Positions 18,968 to 28,361 of a DNA stretch of 64,000 bases are shown here, one piece after another. The stretch covers positions 787,178-851,177 of the forward strand of contig JAWKJA010000002.1 of NCBI GenBank assembly GCA_041394025.1, read 5' to 3'. Origin of the DNA: Acidimicrobiia bacterium (GTDB lineage: Bacteria > Actinomycetota > Acidimicrobiia > IMCC26256 > JAOSJL01). The first letter of the stretch is position 1; the number at the start of each line of letters is the position of its first letter. The notes under the pieces are model-generated. The model was not told the DNA's origin and ran no database searches. It worked only from the letters and a program-made list of their open reading frames with translations. Made by a program: the position numbers and the translations under genes.

Positions 18968-19441
18968 GTGAAGGTCTCGACCCGAGGTGACTATGCGGCA
19001 CGGGCGCTGCTGTCGCTGGCGTTGCGCAACTCGCCCGACCCGACCTCGGTGAAGGAGATCGCCGAGCGAACCGACCTCCCCCAGCCCTATCTCGAGCAGA
19101 TCCTGCTCACCGTGAAGGGTGCCGGTCTGGTGCGCTCCAAGCGTGGTGTGGGGGGTGGCTACGTGCTCGCACGACCACCGGACGACATCACGCTCGCCGA
19201 TGTCCTGGCTGCCGTCGACGGGCCGCTCACCGAGGTCGTCGACGACCACGACCACTGCGAGGGCCACTGCGTCCTCCAGGAGGTCTGGACCGGCGTGTCG
19301 GAGGAGATGCGCCGCACGCTCGAGGGCTACACGCTGGCCGACCTCGTGCACCGGACACGGATCGGCCACGCGGGTGCGTCCGACACCGAAGGGACCGACG
19401 GGACCGCCGCCACGTCCGCCGGGAGTGTCGCCGCGACCTGA
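18968..19441 (+). CDS. Rrf2-family transcriptional regulator
   Basis: GTG at 18968, then VKVSTRGDYAARALLSLA....SVKEIAERTDLPQPYLEQILLTVKGAGLVRSKRGVGGGYVLAR, a canonical Rrf2 winged helix. 157 aa. The upstream part of the 253-aa ORF is shadow sequence. Confidence 0.85.
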   Translation: MKVSTRGDYAARALLSLALRNSPDPTSVKEIAERTDLPQPYLEQILLTVKGAGLVRSKRGVGGGYVLARPPDDITLADVLAAVDGPLTEVVDDHDHCEGHCVLQEVWTGVSEEMRRTLEGYTLADLVHRTRIGHAGASDTEGTDGTAATSAGSVAAT

Positions 19442-19473
19442 TCCTGTCGTGGGCGCCCTCGCGGTCGGGTCGG

Positions 19474-20391
19474 TCAGTCGGTGTCGCGCAAACTCTCGAG
19501 TACCGCGTCGAGGTCGGGGGGAAGCGGTTCCTCGAAGGACAGCATCTCGCCCGTTCGCGGGTGACGGAACCCCAGGAGCCGGGCATGGAGGAAGAGTCGG
19601 TCGGGACGGACTCCCGAGCGTGCGCCTCCGTACTCCGCGTCGCCGACGACGGGATGACCGATGGCCGCGCAGTGCACACGGATCTGGTGCGTCCGGCCCG
19701 TCTCGAGGCTGCACTCGAGTAGCGACACCTCGGGGCGGGTGAAGCGCTCCAGGACCTCGTAGCCGGTTCGGGCCTCGCGGCCCGACGACCGGACCGCCAT
19801 CCGGGTCCTTCGGCCCGGCGACCGGCCGATCGGGGCGTCGATCAACCCCCGCTCGGAATCCGGCGATCCCCACACGAGCGCCAGGTAGCGCCGTTGCACC
19901 TCGCGGGCGGCCATCTGCGCCACGAGGTCGTCGTAGGCGGTCGCAGAACGCGCGACGACGAGGAGCCCACTGGTGTCCCTGTCGAGGCGGTGGACGATCC
20001 CGGGGCGGTCGCGGTCCCCCACGCCGGCGATCTCGGGGAAGACGCGCAACAGGCCGTGGACGAGGGTGTCGTCGTGGTGGCCGGCGCCGGGGTGCACGAC
20101 GACGCCCGCCGGCTTGACGACCACTGCCACGTCGTCGTCGCTGTAGCGGACATCCACCTCGACAGGTCCTGCCGTGGGATCCGACTGCGTGGACGTCTCC
20201 TCGACGACCACGACGGTGCTGCCCGCGACAAGGCGGTGGCTCTTGCCGACGACTTCCCCGTCGACTGATATGCCGCCGGCGTCGGCGAGTGCCGCCACGG
20301 ACGTGCGCGGGCGCTCCAACAGGAGGGCGAGCGCCCGGTCGACTCGCTCGCCGTCGAGCGTGGCGGGTGTCTCGACGCGCCGCACCGGCAT
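19474..20391 (-). CDS. rluD: RluA-family 23S rRNA pseudouridine synthase (RluD-like)
   Basis: 305 aa. S4-like N-terminus, catalytic HRLDRDTSGLLVVAR, C-terminal GRTHQIRVH. Confidence 0.9.
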   Translation of the reverse strand: MPVRRVETPATLDGERVDRALALLLERPRTSVAALADAGGISVDGEVVGKSHRLVAGSTVVVVEETSTQSDPTAGPVEVDVRYSDDDVAVVVKPAGVVVHPGAGHHDDTLVHGLLRVFPEIAGVGDRDRPGIVHRLDRDTSGLLVVARSATAYDDLVAQMAAREVQRRYLALVWGSPDSERGLIDAPIGRSPGRRTRMAVRSSGREARTGYEVLERFTRPEVSLLECSLETGRTHQIRVHCAAIGHPVVGDAEYGGARSGVRPDRLFLHARLLGFRHPRTGEMLSFEEPLPPDLDAVLESLRDTD

Positions 20392-20400
20392 TGCGGCGCC

Positions 20401-20886
20401 TCAGGCCTTCCAGCCCCGCCAGATGATGAGCACGGCTCCGACGGTGATGGCGGAGTCGGCCACGTTGAACGTCGGCCACCCGCCCACGTAGATGAAGTCG
20501 ACGACCGCCCCTTTCAAGAAACCGGGGTCCCGGAAGATCCGGTCGAGGAGGTTCCCGAGAGCGCCACCCAGGACGAGCGACAGGCCGACCACCATCCACA
20601 CGTCGGTGGAGCGGGTCGCGGCGCGTGCGAGGAACACCGCGACGACGACCGCCAAGATCGCCAGCACGGGCGTGAAGGACTGGAAGAGGCTGAACGCACC
20701 GCCGGTGTTGCGCCCGAGCTGGAACATGATGACATCGCCCCACACGCGGATCGGCTGATCGGCGAGGTCACGGACCGCCCACGCCTTCGTGACCTGGTCG
20801 ATCAACAGGACCGCAGCAACGACAACGGGCGGGAGCCATCCGGGTGGCCCCCTCCGGTCAGTGAGTGGCTCGTCGGTCTCGGACAC
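20401..20886 (-). CDS. lspA: Lipoprotein signal peptidase (signal peptidase II)
   Basis: 161 aa with four TM helices and LspA motifs [22 protein letters not shown]. Confidence 0.92.
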   Translation of the reverse strand: MSETDEPLTDRRGPPGWLPPVVVAAVLLIDQVTKAWAVRDLADQPIRVWGDVIMFQLGRNTGGAFSLFQSFTPVLAILAVVVAVFLARAATRSTDVWMVVGLSLVLGGALGNLLDRIFRDPGFLKGAVVDFIYVGGWPTFNVADSAITVGAVLIIWRGWKA

Positions 20887-20896
20887 GCCCTGCTGC

Positions 20897-21643
20897 CTAA
20901 CGACGACGCTCCGCCCGTGTCTTGCAGTCCACGCACGTCTCGACCCACGGCAGCGCCTCCAGGCGCGCGATCGGGAGGCGCTTCCGTGCGGGGACGCACA
21001 CGCCGTACGTTCCGTTCTCGATCCGCTCCATCGCCCGGTCGATCTCCTCGACGATCTGCCGGTTGGCGGCGCTCAGGAAGAGGTCACGCTCACGCTCGAC
21101 GCTGAGCGTGTCGCCCTCACCCGACTCCTCGTCGAACTGGGTGTCGCCCTGGTCACGTTCGGCCGCGAGCTGATCGGCCTCGGCGCGCAGTTCGTCGGCC
21201 TGTTCGAGCAGGTGCGCACGCTCGGTGCGAAGCTGCTCGCGGAACTGCTCGATGCGCTTCGGGCTGAGGTTGGGCTTCTGCGGGGTGACGACGAAGCCCG
21301 AGACCGAGCAGATGACCTTCCCCGGCTTGAGCTTGGGCCGGACCATCTCGGTCGGCGACTTCCTGGGCGGTGCCTTCTTCGCGGGCTTCTTCTTCGCGGG
21401 CTTCTTCTTCGCGGGCTTCTTGCTCGCGGGCTTCTTGCTCGCGGGCTTCTTGCTCGCGGGCTTCTTGCTCGCGGGCTTCTTCTTCGCCGGCTTCTTGCTC
21501 GCGGGCTTCTTCTTCGCCGGCTTCTTCCTCGCGGGCTTCGTCGCCTTCCCGGCCGGTGCCTTCCGCCGTGCGGGTGCCTTCTTCGTCGCCTTCTTTGCCT
21601 TCTTCGCCGGCGTCTTCTTCTTCGCAGGCTTCCTGGTGGCCAT
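20897..21643 (-). CDS. DksA/TraR-type zinc-finger protein with an N-terminal Lys/Pro/Ala-rich histone-H1-like repeat domain
   Basis: ATG at 21643 preceded by GAGGA. Residues 1-95 contain 40 Lys and 5 Arg and no acidic residue (hand count), including 11 consecutive KPAxK units. Then a DksA-like coiled coil and C-terminal [28 protein letters not shown] with spacing C-x2-A-x17-C-x2-C. The upstream 77 codons of the ORF are not coding-like. Confidence 0.8.
   Translation of the reverse strand: MATRKPAKKKTPAKKAKKATKKAPARRKAPAGKATKPARKKPAKKKPASKKPAKKKPASKKPASKKPASKKPASKKPAKKKPAKKKPAKKAPPRKSPTEMVRPKLKPGKVICSVSGFVVTPQKPNLSPKRIEQFREQLRTERAHLLEQADELRAEADQLAAERDQGDTQFDEESGEGDTLSVERERDLFLSAANRQIVEEIDRAMERIENGTYGVCVPARKRLPIARLEALPWVETCVDCKTRAERRR
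21371..21535 (-). repeat. 15-bp tandem repeat array (11 units) inside the DksA-like gene, encoding KPAxK pentapeptides
   Basis: Units of cttctt(c/g)(t/c)tcgc(g/c)gg on the plus strand. Four consecutive identical copies at 21416-21475. Confidence 0.9.
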
Positions 21644-21767
21644 CGTTCCTCGCGTTCGGCCCGGCGACTCGACGGGGGCGCCCGGGGGCGCGGGAGTGTA
21701 GGCGCACCCCGTGGGGTGGGCAAACATCCTTCCCGTCCGGCCACGGCGGATCGGTACTGTGAGCGCC

Positions 21768-24700
21768 ATGCCGTTCGAGCCTCCCGGGTCCTTCGACCTC
21801 GTCGCGCTCGAGGAGCGCGTCCTCAGCCGCTGGGACTCCCACGACGTCTTCGCCCGGAGCCTCGAGCAGCGCACCGGGGCACCCGAGTGGGTCTTCTACG
21901 AGGGCCCGCCCACGGCCAACGGTCGGCCCGGAATCCACCACGTGTGGGCACGCCTCTTCAAGGACCTCTACCCCCGGTTCCACACGATGCGTGGTCGCTA
22001 CGTCGCCCGCAAGGGAGGGTGGGACTGCCACGGGCTCCCCGTGGAGGTGGAGGTTGAAAAGGAGCTGGGATTCGCCGGCAAGGACGAGATCGAGGCCTAC
22101 GGCATCGAGGCCTTCAATGCCCGGTGCCGCGAGTCGGTCCAGCGCTACGTGGGCGATTTCGAGGAGCTCACCCGGCGGATCGGTATGTGGATCGACACCG
22201 ACGACGCCTACTGGACTCTCGACAACTCGTACATCGAGAGCGTGTGGTGGCTGTTCCGGCGTATCTGGGACGCAGGCCTCATCTACGAGGGTTTCAAGGT
22301 CGTCCCGTACTGCGGGCGGTGCGGGACAGCCCTGTCGAGCCACGAGCTCGGGCAGCCGGGCGCGTACCGCGACATCACCGAGCCGTCGGTCTACGTGCGC
22401 TTCCCCCTCGTCGACGACGACGCCGACCTGCTGGTGTGGACGACGACCCCGTGGACGCTCGTGTCCAACATCGCCACCGCCGTGAGCCCCGACGTCGAGT
22501 ATGCACGGGTGCGCGCGCCCGGCGGCGTGCCGGCCGGGCGACGCGACCTGATCATGGCCGCCGCGCGGGTTCCCGACGTGCTCGGTCAGGACGCGGAGAT
22601 CGTGGAGCTCCTCGGGGCACCCGACCTCGTGGGGCGCCACTACGCGCGCCCCTTCGACACGCTGCCCGTCGACGGTGAGGCCCACCGGGTCGTGGCCGCC
22701 GACTTCGTGACCATCGACGAGGGCTCGGGGATCGTGCACCTGGCTCCGGCGTTCGGTGAGATCGACCGTGAGGTCGCAGAGGCCGAGGGCCTCCCGGTCC
22801 TCAACCCGGTCGACGCGGAGGCGCGCTTCGGCCCGGAGGTACCCGCCCACGAAGGGACGTTCGTCAAGGACGCCGATGCCGCTCTCGTGCGCGAGCTCGA
22901 CGAACGTGGCCTTCTCGAGAAGGTCGTCGACTACACCCACTCCTACCCACACTGCTGGCGTTGCTCCACGCCGCTCATCTACTGGGGCAAGCCGACCTGG
23001 TTCGCCGCCACGTCGTCGCGGCGCGAGGCGCTTCTGCGTGAGAACGAGACCATCGGATGGCACCCCGGGCACATCAAGCACGGGCGTTTCGGCGACTGGC
23101 TCGAGAACAACGTCGACTGGGCTCTCTCGCGCGACCGGTTCTGGGGGACCCCCATCCCGGTGTGGCGTTGCGACGAGTGCGGCCACGACGTATGTGTGGG
23201 ATCCGTCGAGGAGTTGTCCGGGCTGGCCGGACGCGACCTCGGTGACCTCGATCTCCACCGCCCCTTCGTCGACGACGTCACCGTGTCGTGCCCCGAATGC
23301 GACGGGTCGGCCCACCGGGTCGGTCCTGTCCTCGACGCGTGGTTCGACTCCGGATCGATGCCCGCGGCACAGCTCCACTACCCGTTCGAGGGTGCCGACA
23401 CCTTCGAGAAGCGTTTTCCCGCCGACTTCATCTGTGAGGCCATCGACCAGACACGCGGCTGGTTCTACTCGCTCCTCGCCGTCAACACACTGGCGTTCGA
23501 CGCCACTCCCTATCGAAACGTCGTGTGTCTGGCGCTCGTCGTCGACCGCGCCGGCCAGAAGATGTCGAAGTCGAAGGGGAACGTGATCGACCCCTGGTCG
23601 ATCCTCGACTCTCGGGGGGCCGACGCCCTGCGCTGGTACTTCTTCGCCGCCGGATCACCGTGGACGCAGCGCCGCGTCCACGAGGACGGCATCGACGAGT
23701 CGACCCGCCGGTTCCTCCTCACCCTCTGGAACACGCTGTCGTTCTTCGTGACCTACGCCAACCTCGAGGGCTTCGAGCCGCCGGCCGACGGTACGAGTGT
23801 CGCTGCGCCCACCCACCCCCTCGACCGCTGGATGCGCTCACGGCTCCATCACACGATCGCCGCCGTCACCGACGCCCTCGAGTCCTTCGACGCGCTGAGT
23901 GCCGCACAGCACCTCGAGCGCCTCGTCGACGACACGTCCAACTGGTACGTCCGGCGGAGTCGGCCGCGTTTCTGGCGGTCCGACGCGGCCGACCACACGG
24001 CTCACGCCACGCTGCACGAGGTGCTCTCCACACTGGCCCGGCTCCTGGCTCCCTTCACGCCGTTCGTGGCCGACGAGATCCACCACACGCTGTCGGGCTC
24101 CGCCCGCTACTGCAGCGTCCACCTCGAGGACTGGCCCGAGGTCGACGACACGGCGCTCGATCCCGGCCTCGAGGACGAGATGTCGTTCGCGCGCTCGGTC
24201 GTGTCGCTCGGCCGTGCGGCCCGGGAGGAGGCCAAGGTGCGTGTGCGCCAGCCACTGCCCCGCGCCCTGGTCCTCACACGCGATCCGCTGAGCGACACCG
24301 TCGTGGCGGAGGTTGCCGCCGAGCTCAACGTCAAGTCGGTGGAGGCCGTCGACAGCCTCGAAGGACTGCTCGACTACTCGGTCACACCCAACTTCCGGGC
24401 GCTCGGCCCCCGCCTCGGGAAGCAACTCCCCGCCGTGAAGGAGGCGCTGGCCGCGCTCGACGGCGCACTCGCGCGGCGATCCCTCGACGACACAGGGTCG
24501 CTCACGGTCCACATCGGCGACGACACCGTCGAACTCGGTCCTGACGACGTGGAGATCCGGGCGCGCGAGCACGAGGAGCTCGCGCTCGCCGAGGAGGGCT
24601 CGCTGGCCGTGGCGCTCGACCTCTCACTCACCGATGAGCTCATCGCGGAGGGTCGGGCCCGGGAGATCGCGCGCGCCCTCAACGAGGAGCGCAAGAAGGC

Positions 24701-24908
24701 GGGCTTCGACATCGCCGACCGGGTCACCGTGCGCCTCGCAGGCCCCGACGCCCTCGTGTCGGCGTCGCGCGTACACGCCGACTGGATCGCCGGTGAGATC
24801 CTCGCGGTGGCGTTCGAGGTCCTCGACGACGCACCGGAGCGGGCGCGGGAGGTCGTCGTCGCGGGCGAACCGATGTGGGTGGTGCTGGAGATCAGCCGAG
24901 ACGACTGA
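21768..24908 (+). CDS. ileS: Isoleucine--tRNA ligase (type 2, long actinobacterial form)
   Basis: ATG at 21768. PPTANGRPGIHH (HIGH region), KMSKSKGN, and CP1 editing and C-terminal extension typical of ~1045-aa IleRS. 1046 aa. Confidence 0.95.
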   Translation: MPFEPPGSFDLVALEERVLSRWDSHDVFARSLEQRTGAPEWVFYEGPPTANGRPGIHHVWARLFKDLYPRFHTMRGRYVARKGGWDCHGLPVEVEVEKELGFAGKDEIEAYGIEAFNARCRESVQRYVGDFEELTRRIGMWIDTDDAYWTLDNSYIESVWWLFRRIWDAGLIYEGFKVVPYCGRCGTALSSHELGQPGAYRDITEPSVYVRFPLVDDDADLLVWTTTPWTLVSNIATAVSPDVEYARVRAPGGVPAGRRDLIMAAARVPDVLGQDAEIVELLGAPDLVGRHYARPFDTLPVDGEAHRVVAADFVTIDEGSGIVHLAPAFGEIDREVAEAEGLPVLNPVDAEARFGPEVPAHEGTFVKDADAALVRELDERGLLEKVVDYTHSYPHCWRCSTPLIYWGKPTWFAATSSRREALLRENETIGWHPGHIKHGRFGDWLENNVDWALSRDRFWGTPIPVWRCDECGHDVCVGSVEELSGLAGRDLGDLDLHRPFVDDVTVSCPECDGSAHRVGPVLDAWFDSGSMPAAQLHYPFEGADTFEKRFPADFICEAIDQTRGWFYSLLAVNTLAFDATPYRNVVCLALVVDRAGQKMSKSKGNVIDPWSILDSRGADALRWYFFAAGSPWTQRRVHEDGIDESTRRFLLTLWNTLSFFVTYANLEGFEPPADGTSVAAPTHPLDRWMRSRLHHTIAAVTDALESFDALSAAQHLERLVDDTSNWYVRRSRPRFWRSDAADHTAHATLHEVLSTLARLLAPFTPFVADEIHHTLSGSARYCSVHLEDWPEVDDTALDPGLEDEMSFARSVVSLGRAAREEAKVRVRQPLPRALVLTRDPLSDTVVAEVAAELNVKSVEAVDSLEGLLDYSVTPNFRALGPRLGKQLPAVKEALAALDGALARRSLDDTGSLTVHIGDDTVELGPDDVEIRAREHEELALAEEGSLAVALDLSLTDELIAEGRAREIARALNEERKKAGFDIADRVTVRLAGPDALVSASRVHADWIAGEILAVAFEVLDDAPERAREVVVAGEPMWVVLEISRDD

Positions 24909-24912
24909 CGGC

Positions 24913-25974
24913 TCAGCGGCCCCGGCGGAACATGTCGCCGAAGCGCCCGGAGTTCTCGGCGACGTCGTCCTGGTCGAACGCCGTGGCGTCGTCGCCTTCG
25001 TCACGTGGACCGAGCGGGGCGTCGTCACGCACGGCGTCGCGGAGGCTGGCGAAGAAGGCGTCATCGTCGAGCGAGCCCGGCTCGTCGTCGGTGTCGTCCT
25101 CGTTGGAGGTGAACAGACGGCCGCGTGCGACAGGCTGGGACACCTCACCCGTGGTCTCCGGGGACACGTCGTCGGCGGGCACGTCGACCGGCACGGCCTC
25201 CAGCGGTGCGGAGCCACCGGCTGGCCCGTCGTCGGGCTCCCCGGGTTCGGGCAGGCCCATCTCGGCGCGCTCGAGCATCCCCAGCTCGACAGTGTTGTCG
25301 GGCTCCGCGTGCTCCGACGACGCCACGTCGGCGCCGCCGGGCTCCGGTGTGTCGGTGGTGGCGGCGTACTCCCCGGAGGCGGCGCGGTCGTCGGGCGTGG
25401 CGTAGCGCTCCGGGCCCGCGGGGATGTCGGTCTCGTGCAGCGCAGGTCGCTCCGGTGTCTCGACCGGGGGGCGCGCCGTGAGCGTCTCGAGGTCGCCGGC
25501 GATTGCGGCGCGCAGGCGGTCGCGGTAGTCGGACTCGAACGTGTCGAGGGCCTCGACGTTGGCGGCGAGGGCGTCGCGCTCGGAGATGAGACGTGCGACC
25601 TCGCTCTCGATCCGTGAGCGCTCTGCCTCGGCGAGGCGGCGCGCCTCCGCCTCCGCGTTGCGGACCGTCGTGTCGGCCTGGAGGGTCGCCTCCTCGACCA
25701 TCTGGTCGGCGCGCTCCTTGGCCTCCGCGACGGTCTCGTCGGCTGTGCGCTGCGCGAGGAGCAGCGTCCGCTGCAACAGACCTTCGGAGTCCTGCGTTCG
25801 GCCGCTACTCGACTCGACCTCGGCGACGCGCTCACTCAGGCCGTTGACGCGCTCGGTGAGCGCCTCGATCGTCGCGGCGGCCCGCTCGAGCAGGTCGTCG
25901 GTCTGGTCGCGGTGGTAGCCGCGGCGCTCCTCTTTGATCTCGGAGTTGCGAAGTTCCTGCGGGGTGACGTCCAT
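24913..25974 (-). CDS. divIVA: DivIVA-domain cell-pole/septum protein (Wag31-like)
   Basis: N-terminus MDVTPQELRNSEIKEERRGYHRDQTDDLLE matches the DivIVA lipid-binding domain. Coiled coil follows, then a long acidic disordered C-terminus. Last gene of the dcw-distal block. Confidence 0.88.
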   Translation of the reverse strand: MDVTPQELRNSEIKEERRGYHRDQTDDLLERAAATIEALTERVNGLSERVAEVESSSGRTQDSEGLLQRTLLLAQRTADETVAEAKERADQMVEEATLQADTTVRNAEAEARRLAEAERSRIESEVARLISERDALAANVEALDTFESDYRDRLRAAIAGDLETLTARPPVETPERPALHETDIPAGPERYATPDDRAASGEYAATTDTPEPGGADVASSEHAEPDNTVELGMLERAEMGLPEPGEPDDGPAGGSAPLEAVPVDVPADDVSPETTGEVSQPVARGRLFTSNEDDTDDEPGSLDDDAFFASLRDAVRDDAPLGPRDEGDDATAFDQDDVAENSGRFGDMFRRGR

Positions 25975-26028
25975 GGGCCCATGGTAGCGACGGAACGTGC
26001 GCGAGGGGCGGAAAGTGGCTGGTTGCGC

Positions 26029-26274
26029 TCAGGCCCTGCACACGAACTGCTGGAGGACGAGGAGGCCCATGAACAGCACGAGAAAGGAGAGATCGAACAT
26101 CCCGGCGGGCGGTATCAGGCGCCGGAGAGGGGCGAGTGCCGGCTCGGTGAGATCACGCAGGATGCCCGAAACCGTCGCCATTCCCGTGCCGGGACGGACC
26201 GGGAACCAGCTCAGGACCGCCCGGAGGACGAGGACGACGAGATAGACGTTGATGAGGACACAGAGGATTTCCAC
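26029..26274 (-). CDS. yggT: YggT-family membrane protein (YlmG)
   Basis: 81 aa with two TM helices. LRAVLSWFP motif. Conserved position between sepF and divIVA. Confidence 0.85.
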   Translation of the reverse strand: MEILCVLINVYLVVLVLRAVLSWFPVRPGTGMATVSGILRDLTEPALAPLRRLIPPAGMFDLSFLVLFMGLLVLQQFVCRA

Positions 26275-26289
26275 GACGAGGCACCCGGG

Positions 26290-26874
26290 TCAGGCCCGGT
26301 AGAGGCCCCGGGCCTGGAGCCTCTCCTTCTCCTCCTCGGAGACCTCGACGTTGTCGGGCGCCAGCAGGAACACCTGGTCGGCGACCCGCGACATCGAGCC
26401 CTCGACGGCGTAGGCGAGGCCGGAGGAGAAGTCGATCAGCCGCCGCTGGAGGTCGCGCGACAGGCCCTGGATGTTGATGATGACGGGCTGACCCGCCTTG
26501 AGGCGGTCGCCGACCTCCTGGGCGTCGTTGAACCCGTGCGGCTCCACGACGTGGACCCGCGAGCGGGTCGTCTCCACGGCACGAATCGTGCTGGGTCGGA
26601 CGGGTTCGGCCGCCGGTCGCGGCTCACCGCCCTGCTCACCCGGGTCGGAGTCGCCCTGTCGCGGAAGCGTGCGCACCGTCGGGCCGCTATCGGGCCTCGG
26701 CTCGACCGCCCGTCGCGGCGACTCGTAGGGGTTGCGCGGGCGCTCCGGACCGCTGTCGCCGGTACCGTCGTCGAGAAAATCGCCGTCGTCGTCGGTGTAG
26801 TCGTCGTCGAAGTCGTCGAACTCGTCGTCGACGAGCCCGAGGTAGACCATCGCCCGGTGCCACATTCCTGCCAT
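26290..26874 (-). CDS. sepF: Cell division protein SepF
   Basis: 194 aa. N-terminal amphipathic MAGMWHRAMVYLGL, acidic linker, C-terminal FtsZ-binding core VVEPHGFNDAQEVGDRLKAGQPVIINIQGL...AYAVEGSMSRV. Confidence 0.92.
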   Translation of the reverse strand: MAGMWHRAMVYLGLVDDEFDDFDDDYTDDDGDFLDDGTGDSGPERPRNPYESPRRAVEPRPDSGPTVRTLPRQGDSDPGEQGGEPRPAAEPVRPSTIRAVETTRSRVHVVEPHGFNDAQEVGDRLKAGQPVIINIQGLSRDLQRRLIDFSSGLAYAVEGSMSRVADQVFLLAPDNVEVSEEEKERLQARGLYRA

Positions 26875-26893
26875 GTCGTCCCCTCTCGAAAAA

Positions 26894-27610
26894 TCAGCCT
26901 AGCGGGAGGCGCTCGGCCCTTCCCGGACCGGACCGCCCACCGAACAGGGCACGACCCACCCGCACGAGCGTCGCGCCCTCCTCGACCGCCGCGGGGTAGT
27001 CGTCGGTCATCCCCATCGACAGCTCGGGGACGTCCAACTCCCGGGCCAGGTCCCGGAGGCGGGCGAAATGGGGGCGGGGCGGGTCGTCGGGTGGAGGTAC
27101 GGTCATCAGGCCCCGGACGTCGAGGCCGCACTCGCGCGCGTGCCCGACGAGATCGCCGGTCGCCGCCGGGTCGCATCCGCCCTTCGACGCCTCGCCGCCG
27201 AGCTTGACCTGTACGAGCACGGTGGCTCCCGGCACCCGACGGGCGATCTCGTCGGCCAACCGAGCGCGGTCGACCGAGTGCCAGACATCGACGTACCCCG
27301 CGAGGTCCCTGACCTTGTTGCGCTGGAGTCGGCCCACGAAGTGCCACGTGGCGCGCCGTCCGGCCAGGGCCTCGACGTCGTCGTGCTTGGCGAGCAGCTC
27401 CTGTGCCCGGTTCTCCCCGAGATCGACGATTCCGCTCGCCAGGGCCGCGGCGACGGTGGGCGCGTCGAACGTCTTTCCGACACCCACGACCGTGACGTCG
27501 TCGGCGCGGCGCCCGACGCGAGCCGCCGCCTCGGCGACCGTGTCGTACACCGCACGCACCCGGGCGGCGATCCCCCCCACGTCGACCGGGCCTCGGGGAT
27601 GCCCGGTCAC
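26894..27610 (-). CDS. yggS: YggS-family pyridoxal-phosphate homeostasis protein (YlmE)
   Basis: 238 aa. VVGVGKTF (PLP lysine), HFVGRLQRNK, and LSMGMTDDYPAAVEEGATLVRVGRALFG are all typical of YggS/PROSC. Confidence 0.9.
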   Translation of the reverse strand: MTGHPRGPVDVGGIAARVRAVYDTVAEAAARVGRRADDVTVVGVGKTFDAPTVAAALASGIVDLGENRAQELLAKHDDVEALAGRRATWHFVGRLQRNKVRDLAGYVDVWHSVDRARLADEIARRVPGATVLVQVKLGGEASKGGCDPAATGDLVGHARECGLDVRGLMTVPPPDDPPRPHFARLRDLARELDVPELSMGMTDDYPAAVEEGATLVRVGRALFGGRSGPGRAERLPLG

Positions 27611-28350
27611 CGGAACCGCGTCACGAGCATGGCCTGACGCCCGGTGGGTGCATCACGACGGTGGGAGAAGTGGTCGGGTGAGCTCGCCGTACACACGCCG
27701 ACGTCGTCGAGGTCGGTGACACCCGCTCGGGCCAGCTCGCTGCGGACAGCGGCGGGTAGATCGAAGGCGGGAGCGCCGTCGCGGGTCGCTCCCCTCACCG
27801 AGGGCCCGAGGCGGGCGACGAGATCATCGAGTGCCGCGTCGTCGAATTCGTAGGAGCCGGCGTGGATGCACGGGCCGAGCACCGCCCGGACTCCGTCGGC
27901 GGGCGCGCTGACGTCGCGGAGCCGATCCACCGCCGCTTTCATCACCCCGGCCGCGAGCCCCTTCCACCCCGCGTGCACCGCCGCGACAGCCGCGGTGGTC
28001 GCGAGCGCCACCAGCGCGCAGTCGGCCCCGGGAACACCGAGCGGAAGCCCCACCTCCGTCGTGACGAGTGCGTCGGCCTCGACCGTGGGCCCGGGCCCGG
28101 GAAGATCGCCGGGGCCCACGACGTGGACATCCGAGCCGTGGACCTGGTGGACCCAGGCGATCCCGTTCACCCCGGCGGGCAGGCCGACACCCCGGTCACG
28201 CAGCACGTCCACCACACGTCCCCAGTTGACGCGTACCGCTTCGGGGTCGTCGTCGGTGAACCGACCGAGGTTGAGCGACTCGAACGGAGGCGACGAGACA
28301 CCCCCGTGCCGGTTCGTGTAGATCACGAGTGCGTCGCCGAGGCGCCGCAC
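27607..28350 (-). CDS. pgeF: Peptidoglycan editing factor PgeF / YfiH (DUF152, laccase-domain protein)
   Basis: 247 aa. NRHGGVSSPPFESLNLG, VHQVHG, ADCALV and HAGWKG motifs. 4-nt overlap with yggS. Confidence 0.88.
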   Translation of the reverse strand: MRRLGDALVIYTNRHGGVSSPPFESLNLGRFTDDDPEAVRVNWGRVVDVLRDRGVGLPAGVNGIAWVHQVHGSDVHVVGPGDLPGPGPTVEADALVTTEVGLPLGVPGADCALVALATTAAVAAVHAGWKGLAAGVMKAAVDRLRDVSAPADGVRAVLGPCIHAGSYEFDDAALDDLVARLGPSVRGATRDGAPAFDLPAAVRSELARAGVTDLDDVGVCTASSPDHFSHRRDAPTGRQAMLVTRFR

Positions 28351-28361
28351 GATGTGATCGC

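Noticed and set aside
21371-21535. Regularly spaced short repeats that could superficially suggest a CRISPR array.
   Set aside because: The units are contiguous 15-mers with no spacers. They lie in frame inside a well-supported CDS and encode KPAxK peptides. No cas genes are present in the window.
21644-21767. Possible T-box leader upstream of ileS. Actinobacterial ileS genes are known to carry short translational T-boxes. The thrS leader (12074-12148) was also checked.
   Set aside because: Only 124 nt separate the divergent start codons. I could not find the conserved T-box sequence (the closest, CGGTACTGTG near 21753, lacks the UGGN bulge context), a convincing AUC specifier loop or a stem I. 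A covariance-model search (Rfam T-box, RF00230) would be decisive.
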